NCBI RefSeq assembly: GCF_964194155.1
Contig: NC_135887.1
Span: 15,934,001-15,998,000 of the forward strand
From: Cetorhinus maximus
Lineage: Eukaryota
Length of the DNA: 64,000 nt
Reading direction: 5' to 3'
The notes below the pieces were generated by a model, which searched no databases, had not been told where the DNA came from, and saw nothing but the letters and a program-made list of their open reading frames with translations. This document shows, in pieces, positions 50,201-63,345 of the stretch; the stretch's first letter is position 1; every line of letters starts with the position of its first letter. The position numbers and the translations under genes are program-made.

Positions 50201-53200
50201 CAAGACCAGTATATCCCTCCTCCCTGACTCCTTTAAGGCTGCATAGCCTAAGAATTGAACACTGGTCTGTTGAATTCAGGATTACGCTGGCTGTTTTTGC
50301 TCTTACTTGCTAAGCCATTGGAGAAACCTAACATTTTGCAGGGTTGACCGAAATGAAGACACACCCTAATTGGTCCAATTGTTCAGTGAAAATTTCCTTT
50401 AAACGGGAAAACAGAGGAAACTACAAGACAAGGCACAGTTAATCCTAACGTCTGAGACAGTTATTACACCGGATGCATTTTCCATTATTCATGATTTGTT
50501 ACCGCTTCACCGCTTCCCTCTCCAACGATGGATGTCAAGCAACGCTCTGGTCCAGCAGAGCTGACCGCCCCCACCTCTGCAGGTGTTTATCATGCATGCT
50601 ACTTTGTGTGGTGTGGGCAGTATGGGCATCACAGGGCATTAATAGACGGGTGGTGACGGTACCATCGGTAAATTTGAAGGATTCATAGAGAACTGCAACT
50701 GGAAAGACTGAATGAAACACAAATCTACTGGGGCTGCTGGCCTTGACAAGACTGATAAGCTTACCCTGGTTTTCTCGACAACTTCAGAGAATTTGTGTCA
50801 AAAGGCAAATGGTTCCAGCATGACACAAGAGCAGTGGTCAAACAGCTAAAATAATACCACAGTAATTGGTCTCTTTCTGCCTCTTTGAACCAGCTTTTGG
50901 CCTCCCCTCTCCTCATAATATTTCCTCCTTTGGCTCGGTGTCCATTTAAACAAAAGCTACCGGCGGAGTTTTCCCCTCCTGCCTGAAGCGGGTTTTGTGG
51001 CAGGCGAGAGCAGAAAATTTGGAGAGAGGCCCAAAGTCGGATTCCTGCCGACAGGAAAACAGTTTGGAATTTTCCACCCACCCCTTCCATGGCTCATTGA
51101 CGGCTGGTCGGTTATCCTGCTGATCAGTGTCAGGAACATTACCGTTTCATGAATGCTCATCAAGTGTGCTGTTCACCGGAATCGTGTTCCGCCATCCAAT
51201 CTTGTGTCACATCAGCTGGAATTTAGACCGGTCCGAAACATATTGAAAAATGAGTGGTGTGGATCAGTGAGACCTCACCTCACTTGTGACTTTGAGGTGA
51301 GTGCAACATTCAAAGCCTACCAGCAACAGTGCTGCTCTGGCTTCTTGGCAATGGCAGTGGAACACCACACGGGTGGGGGTGTAGGGTTGGTCTGCTCATG
51401 GTGGGTGCCCCCGTACTCCAGGAGGACACCACTGTGCAGTGGCTTTCAGACTGGGCTGCACCCTCAAACAGAGACCAGCATTGCATCTGGGGTGGGGGAG
51501 TGTGGGGGAGGGTGACAGACACATGGGGGCAATGGGGTATGAAGGGGTTGGAAGCGGGGAGGAGAGGGGGAACGGTGGCAGGTAGAGGGTGGGGAAGCAG
51601 ACACTCAAGGAGGTGGATGGGAATCAAACTGTATGAATCGGAGGGGATGTACACAGACGTGTGTTAGTGTGGCACAAGAGGGATGGGTTGCACAGAGACT
51701 CATTGGGGTGGGGGAGTGGAAGGGAGACAGTGTTGGGATCAGTCATGAGGAAATGGGGCAGCTCATTGAAAGACAGTCACAATCCCTGATCTGGGGCCAA
51801 CAGGTCAGTGAGAGATGAAAGGCAGTCCTGGGGCTCGATGGACCTCACAGTCCGGGTGACAGATTAAAGGCAGTTCTGGGGCTTTGTGGACCTCATAATC
51901 AGGTTGAGAGACAGTCCTGGGGCTTTGTGGGCTATGCTATAGGGCTATGCATGGCATGCACATCGTAGTCCCACTCCAGGGAGGGACAAAGCCTGTGTGC
52001 TCAATTGGGATAAAGCACAGCTTGGTGTGCAGGGCATGTTCACAGTCGGTGGCGATGGGCTTGTCTGGCTCGGCACTGGGCTGTAGATGGGATGGTCATG
52101 GTTAGGGGAGGCACCTGTAGCCTGTAAATGCGGAAAATGTAATAAAGGGGGCGAATTCGAGGCACTTCTGCAGGGGCTCCCCTTTGTATGTAACTGTGCA
52201 CACATCCTTGAGATGGGGAGGGGTGAGGTCCACATAAGGCATGGGGACGTCAACAGTGATGGGTTCACGAGGGAAGGCTGGAATGTCCACCACAACAACA
52301 ATGGGATCCAGGGGCACTGGGGGAGGCTGGAGAATAGCCACAGGGATCTCTATCTGCACATTGTGAGGTTCCGGGAAAATTGGAAGGACCCGAACATTGA
52401 CGGGGTGGGTTGAAGTTGGTCTCTAAAATAAAAATGGAGCACCACCATCGTGAATCCATGAAGTAATGGCTCAGTTTGAAATCGAAACTGGAAAAGAATC
52501 AGCACGGGAGGGGGCCTGAGGCATTGTGGGAGGAGCCCAAGGCTGGACTAAGGGGCCCTGTCAGGGAGCACCCTCAAACTTCTTAGAGTCACAACACCAA
52601 AATAGAGTCAGAGCTGAGAAAAAGATAAGATTTCCTTAAGAAGGTGCCATTGGAGCCAATGCCTTTTGGTGCACATTAACAAGAGACTGCAGGAGCCATT
52701 GGCTTCCCAATACAGTTGCTCCATTTGAGCATTCACACAGAGGAATGTGATAATGGAAAATGTAGGCAACCAATAAGGAGGCACAGCTGCTGCATATCTG
52801 CCAGATCATCAACGAAAGCCTCTAATGTGCTTTCTCAAATTGGCATGGATAACAGGCCAAAGGGCACCCAGACATTGCTCAGTGCAAGTTAACCTTAATC
52901 GGTATGCCAGGTCAGAGAGTGCAGGAGTGAGTTTGTTAAGGCGGCACATTTCATGAATGCATCCAAACCTCTTCCAACACCTGTGGGATTGAGATGTCAG
53001 TTATCAGGGTTGGCACCTTGGTCACCTAGATCTGTGAGTTTGTGCCTCAGCTACAAGGCTGCATCAGCAAAAAGCTAGTAGCGCAGACATAGCTCAAGGT
53101 CATGACAGTGGCTTTCTGTTAGTGAATGGCAGCTTTACTATATTGGCCCAGTATTCATTAATCTGTTGCATCTATCAGTCCACAGGGAGAAGGAGGATTG

Positions 53201-53953
53201 AATAATGGATCCTGTGCCTTCTTGATGGTACTGATCCAATGGAGGGGGAGAAGAAGGGCCTGGCACTGCCTAGTTCAGCTTCGAGAGGATGCACTTCCAT
53301 GGTCCAGGGGAGCCCCAGCAAGTAACCAGGGGAGGTTAGACCCATCCCACGGAGGCAACTCACGTGACTAAGGGCGTACCGAAGAAGGCTTTGCTATCTG
53401 GAGATAGACGAAAGACAATGTCGTGCATGCCTGCGCTTGTCCAGAGATGTGGTGGATCATACCTGCCATGTTCTGTGGGGGGTTCTAACGTCCCGTGGAA
53501 TGGGAGGACAACTCCTGCCAGTGGCTCTGAAGGTCGCCGCCGTGGTCAATTTTTTTTGCCTGCAGTTCATTCCAGGGATCCACAGGGGGCCTAAGCAGCA
53601 TCTCACTGTCCTCAGCACATTAATGTATCAAGGAGGTGATAGATGCCCTCTACGGTAGGGCTCATGCTCGCCGAAGCTAGCCAGGCTGCTAGATTTCCGG
53701 GCTTTGCAGCTATCTCAAGCTTCCCTAAAGTAAAGGGCACAATTGCCTGCAGCATGTGGCTTTGAGAGCTCCCTGGCAGCAGCCCCTTGTGTTGGTTAAA
53801 AGGAAAGGGTTCCACTACGTGGACATTCAACTGGCGTACGATCATTAGAAGCACATCATGCATGTTTGTGAACAAAACCAAAAATACCTGGAAAAACTCA
53901 GCAAGTCTGACAGCATCTGCGGAGAGGGATACAGTTGATGCGGAGAGGGATAC

Positions 53954-53992
53954 AGTTGACGTTTCGAGTCCGCATGACCCTTCATCAGAATT
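53954..53992 (-). ncRNA. Minimal type I hammerhead ribozyme motif (Penelope-associated), core intact
   Basis: aatt-CTGATGA-A-GGGTC atgcg GACTC-GAAA-C-GTC-aact: conserved CUGAUGA and GAAA boxes, 5-bp stem II, GUC cleavage triplet. Confidence 0.8.
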
Positions 53993-54185
53993 AAGACATA
54001 AAGAAATGAGATGAGAAATAAGCTGGTAGTGGGGGGTGGGTGGGACAGGTAGAGCTCGATAGGGTGTCAGTGATAGGTGGAGGCCAAGATCCACTTCCAC
54101 CTATCACTGGCCCCCTATCGAGCTCTACCTGTCCCACCCACCCCCCCTCTACCAGCTTATATTTCATCTCATTTCTTTATGTCTT

Positions 54186-54224
54186 AATTCTGATGAAAGG
54201 TCATGCGGACTCGAAACGTCAACT
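54186..54224 (+). ncRNA. Minimal hammerhead motif, inverted partner copy
   Basis: CTGATGA-A-AGGTC atgcg GACTC-GAAAC-GTC-aact. The first stem II pair is mismatched. Confidence 0.7.
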
Positions 54225-55699
54225 GTATCCCTCTCCGCAGATGCTGTCAGACCTGCTGAGTTTTTCCAGGTATTTTTGTTTTTGTTCTAGATTTCCAGCA
54301 TCTGCAGTATTTTGCTTTTATCATGAATGTTTGTGCCAGGTACCCTGGGAGTTCCCATGACTCATACATCCTGAGTCACTCCCAGCTGTCTCACGTATTC
54401 GAAGGGTCTCAGCGATTACAGGGCGGCTGCTTAGGGATAAGGAGTACCCACTTAAAGGATGGCTTGTGACACCCGTGCATGGTCCTCAGGGTGATACAAC
54501 GTGGTGCATAGCACCACATGATCCATCATCAAGCAGAGCATTGGCACCCTGAAGATACGCTTCCAATGTTTGAACCACTCAGATGGGGCTCTGCAGTACT
54601 CTCCACAGAGGGTACCCTGCATGGCCGTGGTCTGTTGCGCCCTTCATAACCTGACGTGTCTAAGGTGGGGTTCCCTTGCCACAGGGAGACATGCAGGAGG
54701 CTGAGAGTTCTTCGGGCGATGAAGAGCAGGAAAGGCAAGAAACTGAAGAGGGAGATGAGGCTCAGCTCCCACATAAGGATGCCATCAAAGAAGCACAATG
54801 AGGAACATGTGTACATGCCACACTGATAGCCACAAAGATTCCAGGAGTAATAGGGTACAAGCAAAGGGACACGGCCACATTCCTTCTGTCCCTTAGTGCC
54901 ATGCCAGTGCACTGAAAGGCCTTTGCAACTAGTAATATTGAGAGAATGTTCAGCACTTGGTCTTGCACCTTCAATCCTCATGATTCACCAGACCCTAATC
55001 TTTGGAAAGGTCAGCAGTGAACCCTGTATCTGTTCATTCTGGGAAGTGAAAGTCGGCACAATAGCACAAACACTGTGTCAAAGGACTTGATGAAGTCATC
55101 GCCATCTTAAGAGAAATTTCAGCAAACGCTGAGATGTGCGCATGGTTGGTGAGCCTCATGGCTGCAAGTCTTGTGCTTTGGCATTACCAATGAAGAGATA
55201 CAATTTTAGCTAACCCTCCAAGGCTATTGAGCAGACCTGACTCCATGTTGTCTTGTGAGGAGTAGAGGTTACTAACACATTTTTCACACACTTCCAGTAA
55301 AGAGCTTAAGACATCTCCCTGACATAACACAAGGGTCGAGCAACTATCATGAGTCAGCTACATGTCACACGAATGTGAGGCTCATAAAGGGAGGCGATCA
55401 CTGAGTGGGAGCATGGCTCACCCTCGCAGTAAGAGGGCACATAGATGCATATGCACGATGCTTTCAAATGATGAGACCATGCTCATGAACAGCAAATGTA
55501 TTTACAAATGTGCATGATATATACAGTGATTGAACACCTGTGACCCAGAAGTGATGTCAAAATTTCTTAATTTTTCTAACCCTACACCTGGGTGCAGCCC
55601 CAACATCCGCAGTAGAGGTGGAGGCAGCCTGCTGACTGCTAGCCCAGTTATCAGAGATGACCTTGGTCGACATCTTCTGGGTGCCCAAGGCCTGGAGGG

Positions 55700-58545
55700 C
55701 CCTGGCCTGATAAGGGTCTCCTGCTCAGGGACAAACGCATCCTCTTTGGCCTGACCAGCTGGAGTTGATGGGGCCACAGGCAGCGGAGATTTGGAGCCGC
55801 TGGAGTGCCCGAGTTGCCCGGCTGATGCTCATCCTCCCGGTAGGTGCCTAAGGGCCTCTCCCTGACTCCTTGAGGAGAAGGGGCACCGGGAGGGAGGTCA
55901 AGGTTCCCCCCACCCTTGCCTAGCCACTGATGGATCCCGTCAATGTCTATAGTGATGCAGTGCATGTCCGAGCGCAAATCTAGCAGAACCTGCTGGACCA
56001 AGGTCTCCAAGGCGATGGCACCCTCCCCATGGTGAACTCGAGCTGCTCGCATGTCAGAACCATGACATTAGATAGAATGTGAATGGACTCCTCCATCCTT
56101 CGCTCTCATCCGTTGACTGCCTCTCGCAACTCTACCTGATATCTCCCGGCGGTCGTTGCATTTCCAGCAGTTTTTCATTAGTCACATACAGAAGCTCATC
56201 ATCTGACTGGGATTCGGCGGGTGCCTGATCTCCAGCAGTCCTCCGAGTGCCAGAGACCTGGGCTGTCACTTCCTCCAGCTGCTGTGGCGACATGTCAGTG
56301 AGGTGTTCTCTAGAATGTGACCCCGAACCTAATCTAGAACTATGAGCCTCTGCGTTGGTGGACGGTGCAGGTGAATGCAGTGACAGATCTTCTTCTGATA
56401 GCTCCTCAGCATCGTCCTCTGAGATGGGCTGGGAGCTGGGGGGGGGTTTATGTTGGCTCTGCTGGTGTGCCTGGACCTGCAGGTGCCTGTAAGAGAGAGA
56501 AGATAGATTTAGTTCATGAAGAGGCTGAGTAAAAGATTGCATGTCACTCATTGTGAATGTCAGGATGTGATCAACTCCTGGAGGGCTCATCTGTACTGGG
56601 CTGCTGGGAGAAGCTGATCTCGCCTTCACCACAGGAGTGATCTCTGTCCTACCCTGACAACTTGGTGGCATCCTCCTCGAATTTGGATGAGCTTCTGGAC
56701 GTTGACAGTCCCTCCTCTGGTCTGGGATCTCTCTCTCCTGTTGTGGGCAAGCTTGGCCTGCATGAAGACAAACGGATGGAATGTGATGAGAAGGGATGGG
56801 GCAGGGGCTAGGAAACATGCATGCCTCCTGTGAGCAGTGGGCCTTCCCCAGTATGGGCTGAGGATGGAGTTTGTGCAGCATGATAGATGAGATGCTGGTG
56901 ATGTTAAAGTACGGAATCGTCCCAAATTTGCAGAAAGTGCGGTAGTGGGCGGGGAAAAACATCGTTTTACTCACCGGCTGTAATGGTGGGTTTTCACGCC
57001 GTATTGTCCCGTTCCTGCCCCATTAATTATGCAGCCACAGGAAACACGCCATCTTGCTGGTGGGCGGCCTCTGATTTGCCCACCACGCCGATACCTCACC
57101 GCTTCCTCATGCAGGGCGCCACATTTAAACTGCATCCGCGTGCACACTTCTCAATGCCTCTAGCCCAGGACTGCTCGGGTGAAGACATGGCCCCAAAAGC
57201 CCAGAAGAATGCAGCCCCCTGATTCAATGACACATCCCTGGGACGCAATGGAGGCCCACACCAACGTCCTCTACCCGTACTCTGGCCGCAAGAGGCCGAT
57301 CAGTCTCACCACTCTGTCTTGGGAGGTGGTGGCAGAGGTGGTCAGTGCCAACGCTCTACACAAGAGGTGCATAAAACAGATCAATGATCTGTGTCGCTAG
57401 GGTAAGGCAACCATCTTATCGCTCTAAACTCACACACTCACAAGGCCATCACACATTCACTGGCATCTCACTCATTGCCAGCTCAGGGGTCATCGCCACT
57501 CCCTCTCTCACACACATCCTCACATCTCCTTCTGGCCTCATCTCCTCTGGAGACTGCCTCCTCCGTCCTCACCATCTTAAGGCCACTTGCACAGAACAAC
57601 AAGTGCCCCCACACACATCCTAGGATACCCCCCCCTTCCCCAGTACAGCCCTGTAGCCTCTTCCCTTTCCTGAGGCCACTTGTCCCCCTCCCCCAAGCAA
57701 GTCCTAGCCCTGCAGCCATTGAAAAGCCACCCCCGTGTTACTGCTGGTCTAGTTGGTACAGACCTGCCCGTGAGCCCCCCTAAAAGTGATGTGGTGCTGC
57801 CTGTGAAGCCTGGCGCTGATGACTGTGAGTGCTGCCCGAAGCGAGGTCGGCAAACAAACCTTAAAGTCCCGAGCGAAGTGCAGCTCACCAAGTGCACGTT
57901 GCTTATGTACAGATGTGAAACATGTGCCCGGATGATCCAGCATGGGGAGATGATTCCAGCGAGCAGAGCTTATAATTAGATGTAAATGTATTAAAATTAT
58001 GTTCCCAACATGCAGCGGCAGGAAACGCGGCCCACCATTGACGGGCTGAGCAGACAATCGCAAACTGGTTTCATGACAGTGTGAAACCGATTTTTGGCCT
58101 TCTCGCCATATTGTCGTGCTTCTCCCCCCACATCCTCAACCGTGATGCCCGATCCCAACGGGGCAGGAAACTTCCAGCCAAACGGTGCTAATGTGTCCCC
58201 CACTAATATTGTGTGAGATCCCTGAGCAGTGTGACCCTTTGAGTCCGTGATGCCATGATGAGAGTGTGCGATTAGAGTGAGCTGAAGTGACCTGGCGGAG
58301 CGGATGAGATCATTCATCCTCTTCCTGAACTGGATGGCGTTTCTGGGGCGGGTGCCCGACAAGCTGCCCTCCCTTGCGGCTGCCTCCCAGGCCGGCGAGT
58401 TGATGTTGGTGCGCTTTCTGGAGCCATCCCTAGGGTAGAGGACATCTGGTGTTGGCCACACTCCTCTTGACAGAGCCTCGAGGGAGTCATAGCTAACCCT
58501 CCGGGCAGCCTTCTTCTTGTATGCAGCCATCTCAAGGTGTCCACT
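55700..58545 (-). pseudogene. Harbinger accessory Myb/SANT-like gene, spliced and decayed
   Basis: First block (58290-58545): SLEALSRGV...DVLYPRDG...AWEAAA...RNAIQFRKRMNDLIRSAR. A further block AKLAHNRRERSQTRGG near 56750 and an S/P/E-rich block below 56490. Confidence 0.75.
56909..58179 (+). mobile_element. Second, internally deleted Harbinger element nested in the Myb gene intron
   Basis: Carries its own Myb fragment on the plus strand (about 57188-57400, NVLYPYSGRKRP...WEVVAEVVSANALHKR...INDL). Weak terminal repeats; AAA on both flanks. Confidence 0.65.
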
Positions 58546-58844
58546 CAAGACAGCTGGGCTGGAGGGAGTGAATGTATGTCTGTGCAGGTGCCGTCCAAAT
58601 ATGGCACCCGGACCTTCGACCCCGTTAGCTACTGGCGGGGCGGACGAATCAGCTCCTGATCCACCTTGTGATTCAGAGAGATAGGCGCCTATGCATAATT
58701 AATTAGCTTCTGAGCGATTTCCCACCACACCAACCAGCAGGAAATGTGCTGTGGAACCCGCCTGCCATCGCACATAATTTCAAAAATGGAAAATTACACA
58801 CTATGCTATGTGAAACACTGTGGGACATTTTAGAACATTAAAAC

Positions 58845-59480
58845 GGTGTACGAGACCCTGGGCTTTATAAATAGATGCATAATGGAGTACAAAAACAAGG
58901 AGTTTTGATGAACCTTTATAAAACATTAGTTTGGCCTCAACTGGATTATTGTGTCTAATTCTAGGCACCGCATTTTAGGAAAGATTTGAAGGCTTTGGAG
59001 AGGGTGCAGAAAACATTTACGAGAGTGGTTCCAGGGATGAGGGACTTAGTTACATGGGTAGATTGAAGAAGCTGGGGCTGTTCTCCTGAGAGAGGAGAAG
59101 GCTGAAGTGGAGATTTGTTGGAGGTGTTGAAAATCATGAGGGGTCTGGACAAAGTAGATAGTGAGAAATTGTTCCCAATGGCAGAAGGGTCAAGAACCAG
59201 AGGACACAATGTTCGCAAAAGAACCAAAGCAACGTGGGGGAAAACTATTTCTTAATGCGGTGAATGGTTAGGATCTGGAATGCACTGCCTGAGAGGATGG
59301 TGGTGGAATATTCAGTCATGGTCTTCAGAAAGGGAATTGGACAAGCATCTGAAGAGAAAAAAAATTGCAGGACTAGGCGGAAAGGACGAGGGAGTTAACT
59401 AACGAAATTGCTCTTGCAGAAAACTAACACAATGTGATGGGCTGGGTGCTATAACCATTCTATGATTCTATGATTCATTC
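58845..59480 (+). mobile_element. CR1 LINE 3' fragment
   Basis: Decayed PQLDYCV...ALERVQKTFTR region and a (ttctatga)n tail. Confidence 0.85.
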
Positions 59481-62400
59481 TATATCAAAGCCAGTGGTTG
59501 TTATTGCCATTGCCTCCATGAGATACACTCAACAGGATCTGCACAATGTCCTGTGAGTCACAGAAGGATGGAGATGGCAGTGGGAGTAATTCATTTTGTA
59601 CATAACAATGGGATGCTGATTTAAGGATTCTGTGGGATCTACATAGTTGGTAAAGGCAATACAATTTCCTCAAGGCCTGGAAATAACCCAGGTCTTTTCA
59701 CTGACTGGCTCTGTTTTTAAGCATATTTGTTACAAATTTGCATTACTAGTGTATGTAATTCAAATGATCCAATGGGCAAAAATCTTTACACCGTTGCATA
59801 GGTAAAATTTATGTTCCTATAAAATATCTTCACACTGGATTATCATTAGACTACATTTCTCAATGGGTTACCAACACGGCACCATGACAACAAGCAAATT
59901 ATGCAGGGTGGATAAAACTGAGAAACAGAAGTGAAAAAGGCCTCTTTCAATGGCTGTGAGTTTATCCAGTTAGGAGCTGTACCCACAAGTTGGGTTCAGT
60001 CCCAGGCAGGACACAGTGAGGACATTCAACCAAAAAATCAAACAAGATTTGTGTCTGCAAATGCATGTGACAATCGCTGGGGAGACGAAAATAACATCCA
60101 AGGAAGCTGAGTACAGCCGTCTCAAAGGGCACTGAGAAGCACAGAAGGTCAAGGAAGGAGAGTCTAATCAATCTACGCCTACAAAATGATGAAGTTGACT
60201 CACCCCAACACCAGCCTCTCCTTCAAGTGCAGGAGCTCCTTTGTGAAATATACTTTACTTGAGCTCATCATGGGTGATGCTTCGCACCTGGCCTATTACA
60301 TTTAAGTGCTTGACCATCAGCTTCGGTCTGGAGTAGTCCAACTGCTGATCTGAGGGACGGAGAGGTTGGGGAATGTTGTACGGCTAGGGAGGATGACAGC
60401 AATAGGGAGGAGTGAGACCTAGAAAGGAGCTTAAATGCAAGGATGAGATTTGTTATTTTGAGGCTTTGGGCAACTAAGGAAGACCAAATCAAAGCCTCTC
60501 AGGGAGAGTAAAAGATCCCATGGCGCTAATTCAAATGTTCTTTATTTATACCTTAATCAACATCACCAAAACAGATTGACCAAACAATTTGTTAACCCAA
60601 TAGCTCTTGAGCTCAGTTTCAATTTTTGTCTGATTATGCTTCTGTGAAGCATCTTGGGATGTTTTTCTATGTTAACGTTGCTATATAGACATAAATTATT
60701 GCTGTTGTCATTTACACCTCCCAATGGTTTTTGTCCCCAAAGACGAACAACCATGTACGTTGTTTCTTCATGCTCCAGAGGCAGTGGATATTGGGGGGCG
60801 GGGACACGGTCATTGTCAATTCAAGTTTGAGACTAATAGATTTTTATATGTTTGGGGTATTTAGGGAACAAAGGTGAGGAAATGGAATTGAGTCGCAGAT
60901 CAGCCATGTTCTAATTGAATGGCAGAGAGTGTAAGAAAATAACAAATAGGAGCAGGAGTAGGTCACACGGCTCTTCAAGACTGCTCTACCATTCATGGCT
61001 GATCTTCTACCTCAACTTCACCTTCTTACACTATTCCTATATCCCTTGATTATATTGTATTAGATATACTCAACAACTTAGCACCCATAGCTCTGGGCTA
61101 GAGGATTTCAAAGATCTGCAACCTTTTGAGTGCAGGAATTTCTCCTTACCTCAGTCGTAAATGGCCGCCCCTTATTCTGAGACTCTAACCCCTCGTTCTA
61201 ACCATCTACCCCGTCAAACCCCTTCAGAATTTATATGTTTTGACAAGGATCGCCTCTCATTTTTTAAAACTATTCAATCTTTCCTCACAGGAGAAGCGCC
61301 TCATCACATTTTCTCTAAGGCAAGTATATCCTTCCTTGGGTAAAAACACAAAAGCTGCACACACAACTCCCAGTGAAGACATATCATATTCATAATTTTT
61401 AAGATACAAACTTTATTCAAAGTGGACTCTAAAATGAACCTTTTCTTTTTAAAAATTAATAATGCGCTTCTGCAAAGATGGCCTCTGGAGGCCAGATGAC
61501 TGGCTTGTGTATTCACAAATTGCTGCACTGTCTCACAAGGACAAAAGGATACATTCCAGGCTAAGAGGTGTCAACTACACCCATCCTGAGACCATCAGAA
61601 GACATTCCTGAATTGAATGGGTTTTTTCTCTGAAACGAAGAAGGTGATTATCTTAACCTCCTCAGGATGAGTGCCTTCAAATAATAAACCAGGATCTGAC
61701 TAATCAATCCAACACCACCATCATATTTGGAAAAAGAACTGCAATTGTGAGGAGCCACATGGTAAGGCAACCAGCTATTCCCCTTTGTAATCTTTAAATG
61801 CTGACCGCAGAAAGTAAGACACAGCAGCAGCAGAAAGGGCAATAACATTTATGCCTTACGAACCGGAGCCTGGAACATTGTAAGGTCTCCAATGCTGTTC
61901 CTTTTTGGGTCCACCAATATAGCAAATTGACTTCCTGGTACCTGAGACTACAAGCAACTAGCTTCATGACTTGCAAAGAGTCCACCTCTTTGACAGAATC
62001 TTGAAACTGGCTACTGAATTCACCCAAACTAAACTTCAGGAGTGAAGGCATCTTTTCATCAGGCCTGCAATGTATGTTTTTCAGAACAAGACAATCACTT
62101 GAATTCTGAGCTGTTCCTTTTGTTTATAACTTGTAAAAGTGCACTATTCTCTTCAACTGTACTTTCCTTTAGTGTGATTGCATGTGTGTTTATGTGAGCT
62201 TATGCCATTGTGTTGGATTTTGGGGCATGTGCTTAAATAAACTATCATCTTTCTATATTTTTAAACCCACATAAAGCTTGCTGCTGGTTCTTCTAATTGT
62301 CCACAAATGCAGGGGTTAAAAAATGCATACATGTTTTCCTCTCAAAAGCTGAATGATTACAAGCACTTGGGAAGTGAACAGGGATTTCAGCAGTTCTCTC

Positions 62401-62639
62401 ACCCTCTCCGTAACAGTGGTCTGGGCAAGGCACAGTATAATTGTAGTAAGACATCTAATCATTGTAAGAGCAAGACTGAGGGAAAGCCTACTGCTGTTCC
62501 AATATACTTTATTGAGCTGGCATAACAGTAAGAAACAGGGACTATCAGTTCTAATGAGTTACCTTAAGAATGTCACCCTGCAGTTGCTTGGAAAAGAGGA
62601 AGGTGGTCTAGTCAGAGATTCCTTAACCCAGTGATTTTC

Positions 62640-63345
62640 AAAATTTATTGTTTAAGGCAGTCTGTTTGCAACTTTGGTGTCATATTCAATCCCGAGATAA
62701 GCTTCTGACCTCATGTTCATGCCATCACCAAGACCACCTATTTCCAACTTCATCCATCTAACTTCATCCCTCTCTCAGCTCATCTGCTGCTGTAACCCTT
62801 ATTCATGACTCCGTTACCTTTAAGTTTGACCAGTCCAACACACTCCTGGCTGCTCTCCCACATTCTACCCTCCATAAACTTGAGGTCATCCAAAAATCTG
62901 CTACCCATGTTTTGACTCGTAGCAAGTCCCATTCCCCCTGTGCTTGCTGACCTACATTGGCTCTTGGTCAAGCAACACCTTGATTTTAAAATCATCACTC
63001 TTGTTTTAAAAGCCCTCCGTGGCCCTGCCCCTCTCTATCTCTTTAATCTCCTTCAGTCCCACAACCCTCCAAAATATCTGTGCTGCTCTAATTCTGGCCT
63101 CTTGTGCATCCTAATTTTAATCGCTCCACCATTGGTGGCCGTGCATTCAGTGGCTTCGGTCCTAAGCACCGGAATCCCCTCCCGACATCTCTCTGCCTCT
63201 CTATGTTGCTTTCCTCTTCAAAACTTATTTGTTTGACCAAGCTTTTAGTTACATCTGACCAAATATCTCCTTACGTGACTTGGTGTCAAATTCCTGTGAA
63301 GCGCCTTAGGATGCTTCATTATGCTAAAGATGCTATATAACTATA
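62640..63345 (+). mobile_element. L2 LINE 3' fragment
   Basis: LADLHWLLVKQHLDFKI, STIGGRAFS, and an L2 tail ending gctatata. Confidence 0.85.

Larger units (their letters stand above)
53871..54319. mobile_element. Penelope-derived palindromic insertion interrupting the Harbinger transposase
   Basis: Inverted arms of about 200 bp. 16-bp TSD atcatg(c/a)atgtttgtg at 53855-53870 and 54320-54335. Confidence 0.92.
53370..54655 (+). pseudogene. HARBI1-like Harbinger DDE transposase, disrupted
   Basis: Pieces read across frames: LRLSRDVVDHTCHVL, LPVALKVAAVVNFF, FPKVKGTIAC, KGFHYVDIQL, ARYPGSSHDSYIL, DKEYPLKGWLVTP, IGTLKIRFQCL, CCALHNL. Frameshifts, stops and a Penelope insertion. Confidence 0.88.
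50961..58801. mobile_element. Decayed PIF/Harbinger DNA transposon, about 7.8 kb, with nested insertions
   Basis: Degenerate terminal inverted repeats (CGGCGGAGTTTTCC and, reverse-complemented, GTGTGTAATTTTCC) with 3-bp flanks TAC/TAT. The flanks rejoin into one L2-type 3' tail. Contains convergent transposase and Myb/SANT remnants. Confidence 0.8.

Noticed and set aside
56132-56974. 280-aa ORF as a host gene
   Set aside because: It runs across intron and exon pieces of the Harbinger Myb gene and is not an independent gene.
61640-62330. Possible solo LTR (also near 63620-64000)
   Set aside because: The composition looks LTR-like, but I could not define TG...CA ends, a TSD or a primer-binding site.
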